Positions 25,101 through 40,679 of a stretch of DNA of 64,000 nucleotides are shown here, piece by piece. Position 1 is the stretch's first letter. Every line of letters begins with the position of its first letter. The notes under the pieces are model-generated. The model did not search any database, had not been told where the DNA came from, and saw only the letters and a list, made by a program, of their open reading frames with translations. Origin of the DNA: the human T2T-CHM13v2.0 reference genome, Homo sapiens. A program made the translations under genes and the position numbers. The stretch lies in assembly GCF_009914755.1 (NCBI RefSeq), contig NC_060933.1, one strand, 5' to 3'.

Positions 25101-28100
25101 GGTTGATTCCATTCCATTCCATTCCAATCCATGCCATTCCACTCGTGTTGATTCCATTCTTTACATTCCATTCAAGTTGAATCCATTCCATTGCATTCCA
25201 TTCCATTCGATTCCATTCGATTGCACTCGGGTTGATTCCATGGCATTGCATTCCATTCCATTCCATTCCATTCCATTCCATTCCATTCCGTTCCATTCCA
25301 TTCCATTACATTCGGATTGATTCTATTCAATTCCCTTACACTCCATTACATTCCATTGCATTCGGGTAGTTTCCATTCCATTCCATTCCATTCCTCTCCG
25401 TTCCATTGCACTCGGGTTGATTACATTCCATTGCATTCCATTCCATTCAATGCAATTCCATTCCGTTCCATTCCATTCCATTACATTCGGATTGATTCTA
25501 TTCAACTCCCTTACTCTCCATTACATTCCATTCCATTCGGGCTGTTCCATTCCATTCCATTCCATTCCACTCCATTCCATTCCACTCCATTCCATTGCAC
25601 TCGGGTTTATTCCATTCCATTCCATTCCATTCCATTCCATTCCATTCCATTCCGGAAGATTCCATTCCATTGCATTCCATTCCATTCCATTCCCCTGCCC
25701 TCGCGTTGGTTCCATTCCATTCCATTCCATTCCATTCCATTCCATTCCATTCCTTTCCGTTCCATTCCATTCCATTCCATTCCATTCCATTCCATTCCGT
25801 TCCGTTCCGTTCCATTCCATTCCATTCCATTCTATTCGGGTTAATTCCATTCCATTCCATTTGATTGCAATCGAGTTGATTCCATTCCATTCCATTCCAT
25901 TCCATTCCATTCCATTCCATTCCTTTCCATTCCATTACGGATGATTCCATTCCATTGCATTCCATTCCATTCCATTCCCCTGTACTCGGGTTGATTCCAT
26001 TCCATTCCATTCCAATCCATGCCATTCCACTCGTGTTGATTCCATTGTTTCCATTCCATTCAAGTTGAATCCATTCCATTGCATTCCATTCCATTCCATT
26101 CCCCTGCAGTCGGGTTGATTCCATTCCATTCCATTCTATTACATTCCATTCAATTCCATTCCAATCGAGTTGATTCCATACCATTCCATTCTATTCCATT
26201 CCACTCCATTCCAGTCGTTTCCATTGCTTTCCACTCGGGTTGATTCCAAAGTATTCCTTTCCATTGCATTCCATTCCATTGCAATCGAGTTGATTCCATT
26301 GCTTTGCATTCCATTCCATTCCATTCCATACCGGATTATTCCATTCCATTGCATTCCATTCCATTCCATTCCCCTGCACTCGGGTTGATTACATTCCATT
26401 CCACTCCATTCCGTTCCATTCCATTCCATTCCATTGTATTCGGGTTAATTCCATTCCATTCCATTCCATTCCATTCCATTCCATTACAATCGAGTTGATA
26501 CCATTCCATTCCATTCCATTCCAGACCTTTCCATTCCATTCCACTCGGGTTGATTCCATTCTATTAGTTTCCATTCCATTCCATTCCCTTCCATTCCACT
26601 CTGGTTGATTCCATTCCTTTCCATTCCACTCGAATACATTCCTTCCTATTCCACTCGGAACGATTCCATTCCATTCCATTCCATTCCATTCTATTGCATT
26701 CCATTCCATTTCGTTCCATTCCATTCTATTCCGTATCATTCCATTCCATTCCATTCCATTCCATTCCACTCGTGTTGATTCTATTCCTTTCCATTCCATT
26801 CGGTTTGAAGGCATTCCATTCCATTCCATTCCATTCCATTCCATTCCATTCCATTCCATTGTACTCGGGTTGATTGCATTCCATTGCATTCCATTCCATT
26901 CCATTCCGTTGCATTCCATTCCATTACATTCGGATTGATTCTATTCAACTCCCTTACATTCCATTACATTCCATTCCATTCGGGTTGTTCCATTCCATTC
27001 CATTCCATTCCACTCCATTCCATTGCACTCGGGTTGATTCCATTCCATTCCATTCCATTCCATTCCATTCCATTCCATTCCGGAAGATTCCATTCCATTG
27101 CATTCCATTCCATTCCATTCCCCTGCACTCGCGTTGATTCCATTCCATTCCATTTCATCCCTTTCCGTTCCGTTCCATTCCATTCCATTCCATTCCGTTC
27201 CTTTCCATTCCATTCCATTCCATTCTATTCGGGTTAATTCCATTCCATTCCATTCGATTGCAATCGAGTTGATTCCATTCCATTGCATTCCGTTCCATTC
27301 GATTCCATTCGATTTCACTTGGGTTGATTCCATTCCATTGCATTCCTTTCCATTCCATTCCATTCCATTCCATTCCATTCCGTTCCATTCCTTTCCATTA
27401 CATTCGGATTGATTCTATTCAATTCCCTTACACTCCATTACATTCCATTCCATTCGGGTAGTTTCCACTCCATTCCATTCCATTTCTCTCCATTCCATTG
27501 CACTCGGGTTGATTCCATTCCATTGCATTCCATTCCATTCGGGTAGTTTCCATTCCATTCCATTCCATTCCTCTCCATTCCATTGCACTCGGGTTGATTC
27601 CATTCCATTGCATTCCATTCCATTCCATTCAATTCCATTCCGTTCCATTCCATTCCATTACATTCGGATTGATTCTATTCAACTCCCTTACTCTCCATTC
27701 CATTCCATTCCATTCGAGTTGTTCCATTCCATTCCATTCCATTCCACTCCATTCCATTGCACTCGGGTTTATTCCATTCCATTCCATTCCATTCCATTCC
27801 ATTCCGGAAGATTCCATTCCATTCCTTTCCCCTGCACTCGCGTTGATTCCATTTCATTCCTTTCCATTCCATTCCATTCCATTCCTTTCCGTTCCATTCC
27901 ATTCCATTCCATTCCATTCCATTCCATTCCGTTCCGTTCCGTTCCGTTCCGTTCCATTCCATTCCATTCCATTCTATTCGGGTTAATTCCATTCCATTCC
28001 ATTCGACTGCAATCGAGTTGATTCCATTCCATTCCATTCCATTCCATTCTTTCCATTCCATTCAAGTTGAATCCATTCCATTGCATTCCATTCCATTCCA

Positions 28101-31100
28101 TTCCCCTGCAGTCGGGTTGATTCCATTCCATTCCATTCCATTCCATTCCATTCCATTCCATTCCATTCCGTTCCGTTCCATTCCATTCCATTCCATTCAA
28201 TTCGGGTTAATTCCATTCCATTCCATTCCATTCCATTCCATTCCATTCCATTCCAATCGAGTTGATTCCATTCCATTCCATTCCATTCCATTCCACTCCA
28301 TTCCAGTCCTTTCCATTCCATTCCACTCGGGTTGATTCCAATGTATTCCTTTCCATTCCATTGCATTCCATTGCAATCGAGTTGATTCCATTGCTTTGCA
28401 TTCCATTCCATTCCATTCCATTCCGGATGATTCCATTCCATTGCATTCCATTCCATTCCATTCCCCTGCACTCGGGTTGATTCTATTCCATTCCATTCCG
28501 TTCCGTTCCATTCCATTCCATTCCATTCTATTCGGGTTAATTCCATTCCATTCCATTCGATTGCAATCGTGTTGATTCCATTCCATTCCATTCCATTCCA
28601 TTCCATTCCATTCCATTCCTTTCCATTCCATTACGGATGATTCCATTCCATTGCATTCCATTCCATTCCATTCCCCTGTACTCGGGTTGATTCCATTCCA
28701 TTGCATTCCAATCCATGCCCTTCCACTCGTGTTGATTCCATTCTTTCCATTCCATTCAAGTTGAATCCATTCCATTGCATTCCATTCCATTCGATTCCAT
28801 TCGATTGCACTCGGGTTGATTCCATTCCATTCCATTCCATTCCATTCCATTCCATTCCGTTCCGTTCCATTCCATTACATTCGGATTGATTCTATTCAAT
28901 TCCCTTACACTCCATTACATTCCATTCCATTCGGGTAGTTTCCATTCCATTCCATTCCATTTCACTCCATTCCATTGCACTCGGGTTGATTCCATTCCAT
29001 TCTATTCCATTCCATTCCATTCCATTCCGGATGATTCCATTCCATTGCATTCCATTCCATTCCATTCCCCTGCACACGCGTTGATTCCATTCCATTCCAT
29101 TCCATTCCATTCCATTCCATTCCATTCCATTCCTTTCCGTTCCATTCCATTCCATTCCATTCCATTCCGTTCCGTTCCGTTCCGTTCCGTTCCATTCCAT
29201 TCCATTCCATTCTATTCGGGTTAATTCCATTCCATTCCATTCGACTGCAATCGAGTTGATTCCATTCCATTTCATTCCATTCCATTCCCTTCCATTCCAT
29301 TCCATTCCTTTCCATTCCATTACGGATGATTCCATTCCATTGCATTCCATTCCATTCCATTCCCCTGTACTCGAGTTGATTCCATTCCATTGCATTCCAA
29401 TCCATGCCCTTCCACTCGTGTTGATTCCATTCTTTCCATTCCATTCAAGTTGAATCCATTCCATTGCATTCCATTCCATTCGATTCCATTCGATTGCACT
29501 CGGGTTGATTCCATTCAATTCCATTCCATTCCATTACGTTCCATTCCATTCCATTACATTCGGATTGATTCTATTCAATTCCCTTACACTCCATTACATT
29601 CCATTCCATTCGGGTAGTTTCCATTCCATACCATTCCATTCCTCTCCATTCCATTGCACTCGGGTTGATTCCATTCCATTGCATTCCATTCCATTCCATT
29701 CAATTCCATTCCGTTCCATTCCATTCCATTACATTCGGATTGACTCTATTCAACTCCCTTACTCTCCATTCCATTCCATTCCATTCGGGTTGTTCCATTC
29801 CATTCCATTCCATTCCACTCCATTTCATTGCACTCGGGTTTATTCCATTCCATTCCATTCCATTCCATTCCATTGCATTCCATTCCATTCCATTCCCCTG
29901 CACTCGCGTTGATTCCATTCCATTCCATTCCATTCCATTCCATTCCATTCCATTCCTTTCCGTTCCATTCCATTCCATTCCATTCCATTCCGTTCCGTTC
30001 CGTTCCGTTCCGTTCAATTCCATTCCATTCCATTCTATTCGGGTTAATTCCATTCCATTCCATTCCATTCCATTCCATTCCATTCCATTCCATTACAATC
30101 GAGTTGATTCCATTCCATTCCATTCCATTCCATTCCATTCCAGTCCTTTCCATTCCATTCCACTCGGGTTGATTCCATTCTATTAGTTTCCATTCCATTC
30201 CATTCCCTTCCATTCCACTCTTTTTGATTCCATTCCTTTCCATTCCACTCGAATACATTCCCTCCTATTCCACTCGGAACGATTCCATTCCATTCCATTC
30301 CATTCCATTCCATTCCAGTTCGTTCCATTCCATTCTATTCCGTACCATTCCATTCCATTCCTTTCCTTTCCATTCCATTCCTTTCCACTCGTGTTGATTC
30401 CATTCCTTTCCATTCCTTTCGGTTTGAAGGCATTCCATTCCATTCCATTCCATTCCATTCCATTCCATTCCATTCCTTTCCATTCCTTTCCATTCCATTA
30501 CGGATGATTCCTTTCCATTGCATTCCATTGCATTCCATTCCCCTGTACTCGGGTTGATTCCATTCCATTCCATTCAAATCCATGCCATTCCACTCGTGTT
30601 GATTCCTTTCTTTCCATTCCATTCAAGTTGAATCCATTCCATTGCATTCCATTCCATTCCATTCCCCTGCAGTCGGGTTGATTCCATTCCATTCCATTCC
30701 ATTCCATTCCATTCCATTCCGTTCCATTCCGTTCCGTTCCATTCCATTCCTTTCCATTCTATTCGGGTTAATTCCATTCCATTCCATTCCATTCCATTCC
30801 ATTCCATTCCATTCCAATCGAGTTGATTCCATTCCATTCCATTCCATTCCATTCCATTCCATACCATTCCATTCCATTCCATTCCATTCCATTCCATTCC
30901 ATTCCATTCCGTTCCGTTCCGTTCCGTTCCATTCCATTCCATTCCATTCTATTCGGGTTAATTCCATTCCATTCCATTCCATCCCATTCTATTACATTCC
31001 ATTGCAATCGAGTTGAATCCATTGCATTTCATTCCATTCCATTCCATTCCATTCCATTCCATTCTATTCCGGAAGATTCCATTCCATTGCATTCCATTCC

Positions 31101-31899
31101 TTTCCATTCCCCTGCTTTCGCGTTGATTCCATTCCATTCCATTCCATTCCATTCCATTCCATTCCGTTCCGTTCCATTCCATTCCATTCCATTCCATTCC
31201 ATTCCGTTCCGTTCCATTCCATTCCATTCCATTCTATTCGGGTTAATTCCATTCCATTCCATTCGATTGCAATCGTGTTGATTCCATTCCATTCCATTCC
31301 ATTCCATTCCTTTCCATTCCATTACGGATGATTCCATTCCATTGCATTCCATTCCATTCCATTCCCCTGCAGTCGGGTTGATTCCATTCCATTCCATTTC
31401 CATTCCATTCCATTCCATTCCATTCCATTCCATTCCGTTCCGTTCCGTTCCGGTGCATTCCATTCCTTTCCTTTCTGTTCGGGTTAATTCCATTCCATTC
31501 CATTCCATTCCATTCCATTCCAATCGAGTTGATTCCATTCCATTCCATTCCATTCCATTCCACTCCATTCCAGTCCTTTCCATTCCATTCCACTCGGGTT
31601 GATTCGAATGTATTCCTTTCCATTCCATTCCATTCCATTGCAATCAAGTTGATTCCATTGCTTTGCATTCCATTCCATTCCATTCCATTCCGAATGATTC
31701 CATTCCATTGCATTCCATTCCATTCCATTCCCCTGCACTCGGGTTGATTCCATTCCATTCCACTCCATTCCGTTCTATTCCATTCCATTCCATTTTTTTC
31801 GGGTTAATTCCATTCCATTCCATTCCATTCCATTCCATTCCATTCCATTCCATTACAATCGAGTTGATTCCATTCCATTCCATTCCATTCCATTCCATT

Positions 31900-33950
31900 C
31901 CATTCCATTCCTTTCCACTCGAGTTGATTCCATTCCATTCCAATCCATTGCATTCCATTCCATGCCATTCCACTCGGGTTGATTCCATTCCTTTGCATTC
32001 CATTCCATTCCATTCCATTCCATTCCATTCCATTCCATTCCGTTGCATTCCATTCCATTACATTCGAATTGATTCTATTCAACTCCCTTACTCTCCATTA
32101 CATTCCATTCCATTCGGGTTGTTCCATTCCATTCCATTCCATTTCACTCCATTCCATTGCACTCGGGTTGATTCCATTCCATTCCATTCCATTCCATTCC
32201 ATTCCGGATGATTCCATTCCATTGCATTCCGTTCCATTACATTCCCCTGCACTCGCGTTGATTCCATTCCATTCCATTCCATTCCATTCAATTCCATTCC
32301 ATTACACTTCGTTCCATTCCATTCTATTCCGTACCATTCCATTCCATACCATTCCATTCCATTCCATTCCATTCCATTCCATTCCATTCCGTTCCATTCC
32401 GTTCCATTCCATTCCATTCCATTCTATTCGGGTTAATCCCATTCCATTCCATTCCTTTCCATTCTATTCCATTCCATTGCAATCGAGTTGTATCCATTGC
32501 ATTTCATTCCATTCCATTCCATTCCATTCCGGAAGATTCCATTCCATTGCATTCCATTCCATGCCATTCCCCTGCACTCGCATTGATTCCATTCCATTCC
32601 ATTCCATTCCATTCCATTCCATTCCATTCCTTTCTGTTCCGTTCCATTCCATTCCATTCCATTCCATTCCATTCCATTCCGTTTCATTCCATTCCATTCC
32701 ATTCTATTCGGGTTAATTACATTCCATTCCATTCGATTGCAATCGTGTTGATTCCATTCCATTCCATTCCATTCCATTCCATTCCATTCCTTTCCATTCC
32801 ATTACGGATGATTCCATTCCATTGCATTCCATTCCATTCCATTCCCCTGTACTCGGGTTGATTCCATTCCATTGCATTCCAATCCATGCCCTTCCACTCG
32901 TGTTGATTCCATTCTTTCCATTCCATTCAAGTTGAATCCATTCCATTGTATTCCATTCCATTCGATTCCATTCGATTGCACTCGGGTTGATTCCATTCCA
33001 TTGCATTCCATTCCATTCCATTCCATTCCATTCCATTCCATTCCATTCCTTTCCATTCCATTCCATTTCATTCGGATTGATTCTATTCAATTCCCTTACA
33101 CTCCATTACATTCCATTGTATTCGGGTAATTTCCATTCCATTCCATTCCATTCCTCTCCATTCCATTGCACTCGGGTTGATTCCATTCCATTGCATTCCA
33201 TTCCATTCCATTCAATTCCATTCCGTTCCATTCCATTCCATTACATACGGATTGACTCTATTCAACTCCCTTACTCTCCATTACATTCCATTCCATTCGG
33301 GTTGTTCCATTCCATTCCATTCCATTCCACCCCATTCCATTGCACTCGGGTTTATTCCATTCACTTCCATTCCATTCCATTCCATTCCATTCCATTCCAT
33401 TCCATTCCGGAAGATTCCATTCCATTCCATTCCATTCCATTCCATTCCCCTGCACTCGCGTTGATTCCATTCCATTCCATTCCATTCCATTCCATTCCAT
33501 TCCATTCCTTTCCGTTCCATTCCATTCGATTCCATTCCATTCCATTCCATTCCGTTCCGTTCCGTTCCGTTCCATTCCATTCCATCCCATTCTATTCGGA
33601 TTAATTCCATTCCATTCCATTCGATTGCAATCGAGTTGATTCCATTCCATTCCATTCCATTCCATTCCATTCCTTTCCATTCCATTACGGATGATTCCAT
33701 TCCATTGCATTCCATTCCATTCCATTCCCCTGTACTCGGGTTGATTCCATTCCATTCCATTCCAATCCATGCCATTCCACTCGTGTTGATTCCATTCTTT
33801 CCATTCCATTCAAGTTGAATCCATTCCATTGCATTCCATTCCATTCCATTCCCCTGCAGTCGGGTTGATTCCATTCCATTCCATTCTATTCCATTCCATT
33901 CCATTCCGTTCCGTTCCGTTCCGTTCCATTCCATTCCATTCTATTCGGGT
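31900..33950 (+). repeat. Dispersed ~2-kb segment with paralog at ~36870-38900 (offset ~4.9 kb)
   Basis: Ordered markers: CTTTCCACTCGAGTTG (~31911/~36876), CATGCCCTTCC (~32885/~37795), GGGTTTATT (~33348/~38233), CCCCTGCAGTCGGG (~33851/~38800). Confidence 0.7.
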
Positions 33951-36900
33951 TAATTCCATTCCATTCCATTCCATTCCATTCCAATCGAGTTGATTCCATT
34001 CCATTCCATTCCATTCCATTCCACTCCATTCCAGTCCTTTTCATTCCATTCCACTCGGGTTGATTCCAATGTATTCCTTTCCATTCCATTCCATTCCATT
34101 GCAATCGAGTTGATTCCATTGCTTTGCATTCCATTCCATTCCATTCCATTCCGGATGATTCCATTCCATTGCATTCCATTCCATTCCATTCTCCTGCACT
34201 CGGGTTGATTCCATTCAATTCCACTCCATTCCGTTCCATTCCATTCCATTCCATTGTATTCGGGTTAATTCCATTCCATTCCATTCCATTCCTTTCCAGT
34301 CCTTTCCATTCCATTCCACTCGGGTTGATTCCATTCTATTAGTTTCCATTCCATTACATTCCCTTCCATTCCACTCTGGTTGATTCCATTCCTTTCCATT
34401 CCACTCGAATACATTCCCTCCTATTCCACTCGGAACGATTCCATTCCATTCCATTCCATTCCATTCCATTCCATTCCATTCCATTCCATTTCGTTCCATT
34501 CCATTCTATTCCGTATCATTCCATTCCATTCCGTTCCATTCCATTCCATTCCATTCCACTCGTGTTGATTCCATTCCTTTCCATTCCATTCCGTTTGAAG
34601 GCATTCCATTCCATTCCATTCCATTCCATTGCATTCCATTCCATTCCATTCCATTGTACTCGGGTTGATTCCATTCCATTGCATTCCGTTCCATTCCATT
34701 CCATTCCATTCCGTTGCATTCCATTCCATTACATTCGGATTAATTCTATTCAACTCCCTTACTCTCCATTACATTCCATTCCATTCGGGTTGTTCCATTC
34801 CATTCCATTCAATTCCACTCCATTCCATTGCACTCGGGTTGATTCCATTCCATTCCATTCCATTCCATTCCGGATGATTCCATTCCATTGCATTCCGTTC
34901 CATTACATTCCCCTGCACTCGCGTTGATTCCATTCCATTCCATTCAATTCCATTCCATTACAATTCGCTCCATTCCATTCTATTCCGTACCATTCCATTC
35001 CATTCCATACCATTCCATTCCATTCCATTCCATTCCATTCCGTTCCATTCCGTTCCATTGCATTCCATTCCATTCTATTCGGGTTAATTCCATTCCATTC
35101 AATTCCATTCCATTCTATTCCATTCCATTGCAATCGAGTTGAATCCATTGCATTTCATTCCATTCCATTCCATTCCATTCCATTCCATTCCGGAAGATTC
35201 CATTACATTGCATTCCATTCCATTCCATTCCCCTGCACATGCATTGATTCCATTCCATTCCATTCCATTCCATTCCATTCCATTCCATTCCGTTCTGTTC
35301 CATTCCATTCCATTCCATTCCATTCCATTCCGTTCCATTCCATTCCATTCCATTCTATTCGGGTTAATTCCATTCCATTCCATTCGATTGCAATCGAGTT
35401 GATTCCATTCCATTCCATTCCATTCCATTCCATTCCATTCCTTTCCATTCCATTACAGATGATTCCATTCCATTGCATTCCATTCCATTCCATTCCCCTG
35501 TACTCGGGTTGATTCCATTCCATTCCATTCCAATCCATGCCATTCCACTCGTGTTGATGCCATTCTTTCCATTCCATTCAAGTTGAATCCATTCCATTGC
35601 ATTCCATTCCATTCGATTCCATTCGATTGCACTCGGGTTGATTCCATTCCATTGCATTCCATTCCATTCCATTCCATTCCATTCCATTCCATTCCGTTCC
35701 ATTCCATTCCATTACATTCGGATTGATTCTATTCAATTCCCTTACACTCCATTACATTCCATTCCATTCGGGTAGTTTCCACTCCATTCCATTCCATTCC
35801 TCTCCATTCCATTGCACTCGGGTTGATTCCATTCCATTGCATTCCATTTCATTCCATTCAATTCCATTCCGTTCCATTCCATTCCATTACATTCGGATTG
35901 ATTCTATTCAACTCCCTTACTCTCCATTACTTTCGATTCCATTCGGGTTGTTCCATTCCATTCCATTCCATTCCACTCCATTCCATTGCACTCGGGTTGA
36001 TTCCATTCCATTCCATTCCATTCCGGAAGATTCCATTCCATTCCATTCCATTCCATTCCGGAAGATTCGATTCCATTGCATTCCATTCCATTCCATTCCC
36101 CTGCACTCGCGTTGATTCCATTCCATTCCATTCCATTCCATTCCATTCCATTCCTTTCCGTTCCATTCCATTCCATTCCGTTCCGTTCCGTTCCGTTCCG
36201 TTCCATTCCATTCCATTCCATTCTATTCGGGTTAATTCCATTTCATTCCATTCGATTGCGATCGAGTTGATTCCATTCCATTCCATTCCATTCCATTCAA
36301 TTCCATTCCTTTCCATTCCATTACGGATGATTCCATTCCATTGCATTCCATTCCATTCCATTCCCCTGTACTCGGGTTGATTCCATTCCATTCCATTCCA
36401 ATCCATGCCATTCCACTCGTGTTGATTCCATTCTTTCCATTCCATTCAAGTTGAATCCATTCCATTGCATTCCATTCCATTCGATTCCATTCAATTGCAC
36501 TCGGGTTGATTCCATACCATTGCATTCCATTCCATTCCATTTCATTCCATTCCATTCCTTTCCATTCCATTCCATTCCATTCCATTCCATTCCATTGCAA
36601 TCGAGTTGATTCCATTCCATTCCATTCCATTCCATTGCAATCGAGTTGATTCCATTCCATTCCTTTCCATTCCATTCCATTGCCTTGCATTCCAATCGGG
36701 TTGATTCCATTCCCTTCTTTCCACTCCATTACATTCCCTTCCATTCCACTCGGAATGATTGATTCCATTCCATTCCATTCCATTTCATTCCGTTGCAATC
36801 CATTCCAATCTATTCCATTCCATTCCATTCCACTCGAGTTGATTTCATTCCATTACTTTCCATTCCATTCCATTCCTTTCCACTCGAGTTGATTCCATTC

Positions 36901-38320
36901 CATTGCATTCCATTCCATGCCATTCCACTCGGGTTGATTCCATTCCTTTGCATTCCATTCCATTCCATTCCGTTGCATTCCATTCCATTACATTCGTATT
37001 GATTCTATTCAACTCCCTTACTCTCCATTACATTCCATTCCATTCGGGTTGTTCCATTCCATTCCATTCCATTCCACTCCATTCCATTGCACTCGGATTG
37101 ATTCCATTCCATTCCATTCCATTCCATTCCATTCCGGATGATTCCATTCCATTGCATTCCGTTCCATTACATTCCCCTGGACTCGCGTTGATTCCATTCC
37201 ATTCCATTCCATTCCGTTCAATTCCATTCCATTACAATTCGTTCCATTGCATTCTATTCCGTACCATTCCATTCCATTCGATACCATTCCATTCCATTGC
37301 ATTCCGTTCCATTCCGTTCCCTTCCGTTCCATTCCATTCCATTCCATTCTATTCGGGTTAATTCCATTCCATTCCATTCCATTCCATTCCATTCTATTCC
37401 ATTCCATTGCAATCGAGTTGAATCCATTGCATTTCATTCCATTCCATTCCATTTCATTCCATTCCATTCCATTCCATTCCGGAAGATTCCATTCCGTTGC
37501 ATTCCATTCCATTCCATTCCCCTGCACTCGCGTTGATTCCATTCCATTCCATTCCATTCCATTCCATTCCGTTCCGTTCCATGCCATTCCATTCCATTCT
37601 ATTCGGGTTAATTCCATTCCATTCCATTCGATTGCAATCGTGTTGATTCCATTCCATTCCATTCCATTCCATTCCATTCCATTCCATTCCTTTCCATTCC
37701 ATTACGGATGATTCCATTCCATTGCATTCCATTCCATTCCATTCCCCTGTACTCGGGTTGATCCCATTCCATTGCATTCCAATCCATGCCCTTCCACTCG
37801 TGTTGATTCCATTCTTTCCATTCCATTCAAGTTGAATCCATTCCATTGCATTCCATTCCATTCGATTCCATTCGATTGCACTCGGGTTGATTCCATTCCA
37901 TTGCATTCCATTCCATTCCCTTCCATTCTATTCCGTTCCATTCCATTCCATTACATTCGGATTGATTCTATTCAATTCCCTTACATTCCATTACATTCCA
38001 TTCCATTCGGGTAGTTTCCATTCCATTCCATTCCATTCCTCTCCATTCCATTGCACTCGGGTTGATTCCATTCCATTGCATCCCATTCCATTCCATTCAA
38101 TTCCATTCCGTTCCATTCCATTCCATTACATTCCGATTGATTCTATTCAACTCCCTTAGTCTCCATTACATTCCATTCCATTCGGGTTGTTCCATTCCAT
38201 TCCATTCCATTCCACTCCATTCCAGTGCATTCGGGTTTATTCCATTCCATTCCATTCCGTTCCATTCAATTCCATTCCATTCCGGAAGATTCCATTCCAT
38301 TGCATTCCATTTCATTCCAT

Positions 38321-38500
38321 TCCCCTGCACTCGCTTTGATTCCATTCCATTCCATTCCATTCCATTCCATTCCTTTCCGTTCCATTCCATTCCATTCCAT
38401 TCCATTCCATTCCCCTGCACTCGCTTTGATTCCATTCCATTCCATTCCATTCCATTCCATTCCTTTCCGTTCCATTCCATTCCATTCCATTCCATTCCAT
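38321..38500 (+). repeat. Local tandem duplication, 2 x 90 bp
   Basis: Private variant TCCCCTGCACTCGCTTTG at 38321 and 38411. Confidence 0.88.
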
Positions 38501-40679
38501 TCCGTTCCGTTCCATTCCATTCCATTCCATTCTATTCGGGTTAATTCCATTCTATTCCATTCGATTGCAATCGAGTTGATTCCATTCCATTCCATTCCAT
38601 TCCATTCCATTCCATTCCATTCCTTTCCATTCCATTACGGATGATTCCATTCCATTGCATTCCATTCCATTCCATTCCCCTGTACTCGGGTTCATTCCAT
38701 TCCATTCCATTCCAATCCATGCCATTCCACTCGTGTTGATTCCATTCTTTCCATTCCATTCAAGTTGAATCCATTCCATTGCATTCCATTCCATAACATT
38801 CCCCTGCAGTCGGGTTGATTCCATTCCATTCCATTCCATTCCATTCCATTCCATTCCGTTCCGTTCCGTTCCGTTCCATTCCATTCCATTCCATTCTATT
38901 CGGGTTAATTCCATTCCATTCCATTCGATTGCAATCGAGTTGATTCCATTCCATTGCATTCCATTCCATTCGATTCCATTCGATTGCACTCGGGTTGATT
39001 CCTTTCCATTGCATTCCATTCCATTCCATTCCATTCCATTCCATTCCATTCCATTCCGTTCCATTCCTTTCCATTATATTCGGATTGATTCTATTCAATT
39101 CCCTTACACTCCATTACATTCCATTCCATTCGGGTAGTTTCCACTCCATTCCATTCCATTCCTCTCCATTCCATTGCACTCGCGTTGATTCCATTCCATT
39201 GCATTCCATTCCATTCCATTCAATTCCTTTCCTTTCCATTCCATTCCATTACATTCGGATTGATTCTATTCACCTCCGTTACTCTCCATTACATTCGATT
39301 CCATTCGGGTTGTTCCATTCCATTCCATTCCATTCCACTCCATTCCATTGCACTCGGGTTGATTCCATTCCATTCCATTCCATTCCATTCCGGAAGATTC
39401 CATTCCATTGCATTCCATTTCATTCCATTCCCCTGCACTCGCGTTGATTCCATTGCATTCCATTCCATTCCATTCCATTCCGTTCCGTTCCATTCCATTC
39501 CATTCCATTCCGTTCCGTTTCATTCCATTCCATTCCATTCTATTCGGGTTAATTCCCTTCCATTCCATTCTATTGCAATCGTGTTGATTCCATTCCATTC
39601 CATTCCATTCCATTCCATTCCATTCCATTCCATTCCTTTCCATTCCATTACGGATGGTTCCATTCCATTGCATTCCATTCCATTCCATTCCACTGTACTC
39701 GGGTTGATTCCATTCCATTGCATTCCAATCCATGCCATTCCACTCGTGTTAATTCCATTCTTTCCATTCCATTGAAGTTGAATCCATTCCATTGCATTCC
39801 ATTCCATTCTATTCCATTCGATTGCACTCGGGTTGATTCCATTCCATTGCATTCCATTCCATTCCATTGCACTCCATTACATTCCATTCCGTTCCATTCC
39901 ATTCCATTACATTCGGATTGATTCTATTCAATTCCCTTACAATCCATTACATTCCATTGCATTCGGGTAGTTTCCATTTCATTCCATTCCATTCCATTCC
40001 ATTCCGGATGATTCCATTCCATTGCATTCCGTTACATTACATTCCCCTGCACTCGCGTTGATTCCATTCCATTCCATTCCATTCCATTCCATTCAATTCC
40101 ATTCCATTGCAATTCGTTCCATTCCATTCTATTCCGTACCATTCCATTCCATTCCGTACCATTCCATTCCATTCCATTCCATTCCATTCCATTCCGTTCC
40201 ATTCTGTTCCTTTCCATTCCATTCCATTCTATTCGAATTAATTCCATTCCATTCCATTCCATTCCATTCCATTCTATTCCATTCCATTGCAATCGGGTTG
40301 AATCCATTGCATTTCATTCCATTCCATTCGATTCCATTCCATTCCGGAAGATTCCATTCCATTGCATTCCATTCCATTCCATTCCCCTGCACTCGCGTTG
40401 ATTCCATTCCATTCCATTCCATTCCATTCCATTCCGTTCCGTTCAATTCCATTCCATTCCATTCCATTCCATTCCATTCCGTTCCGTTCCATTCCATTCT
40501 ATTCCATTCTATTCGGGTTAATTCCATTCCATTCCATTCGATTGCAATCGAGTTGATTCCATTCCATTCCATTCCATTCCATTCCATTCCATTCCTTTCC
40601 ATTCCATTACAGATGATTCCATTCCATTGCATTCCATTCCATTCCATTCCCCTGTACTCGGGTTGATTCCATTCCATTC

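Noticed and set aside
31792-31800. T7 run (also T5 at ~30221) resembling a Pol III terminator
   Set aside because: These arise by point substitutions in standard cassettes (TGTATTC, CTCTGGTTG) with no upstream Pol III gene.
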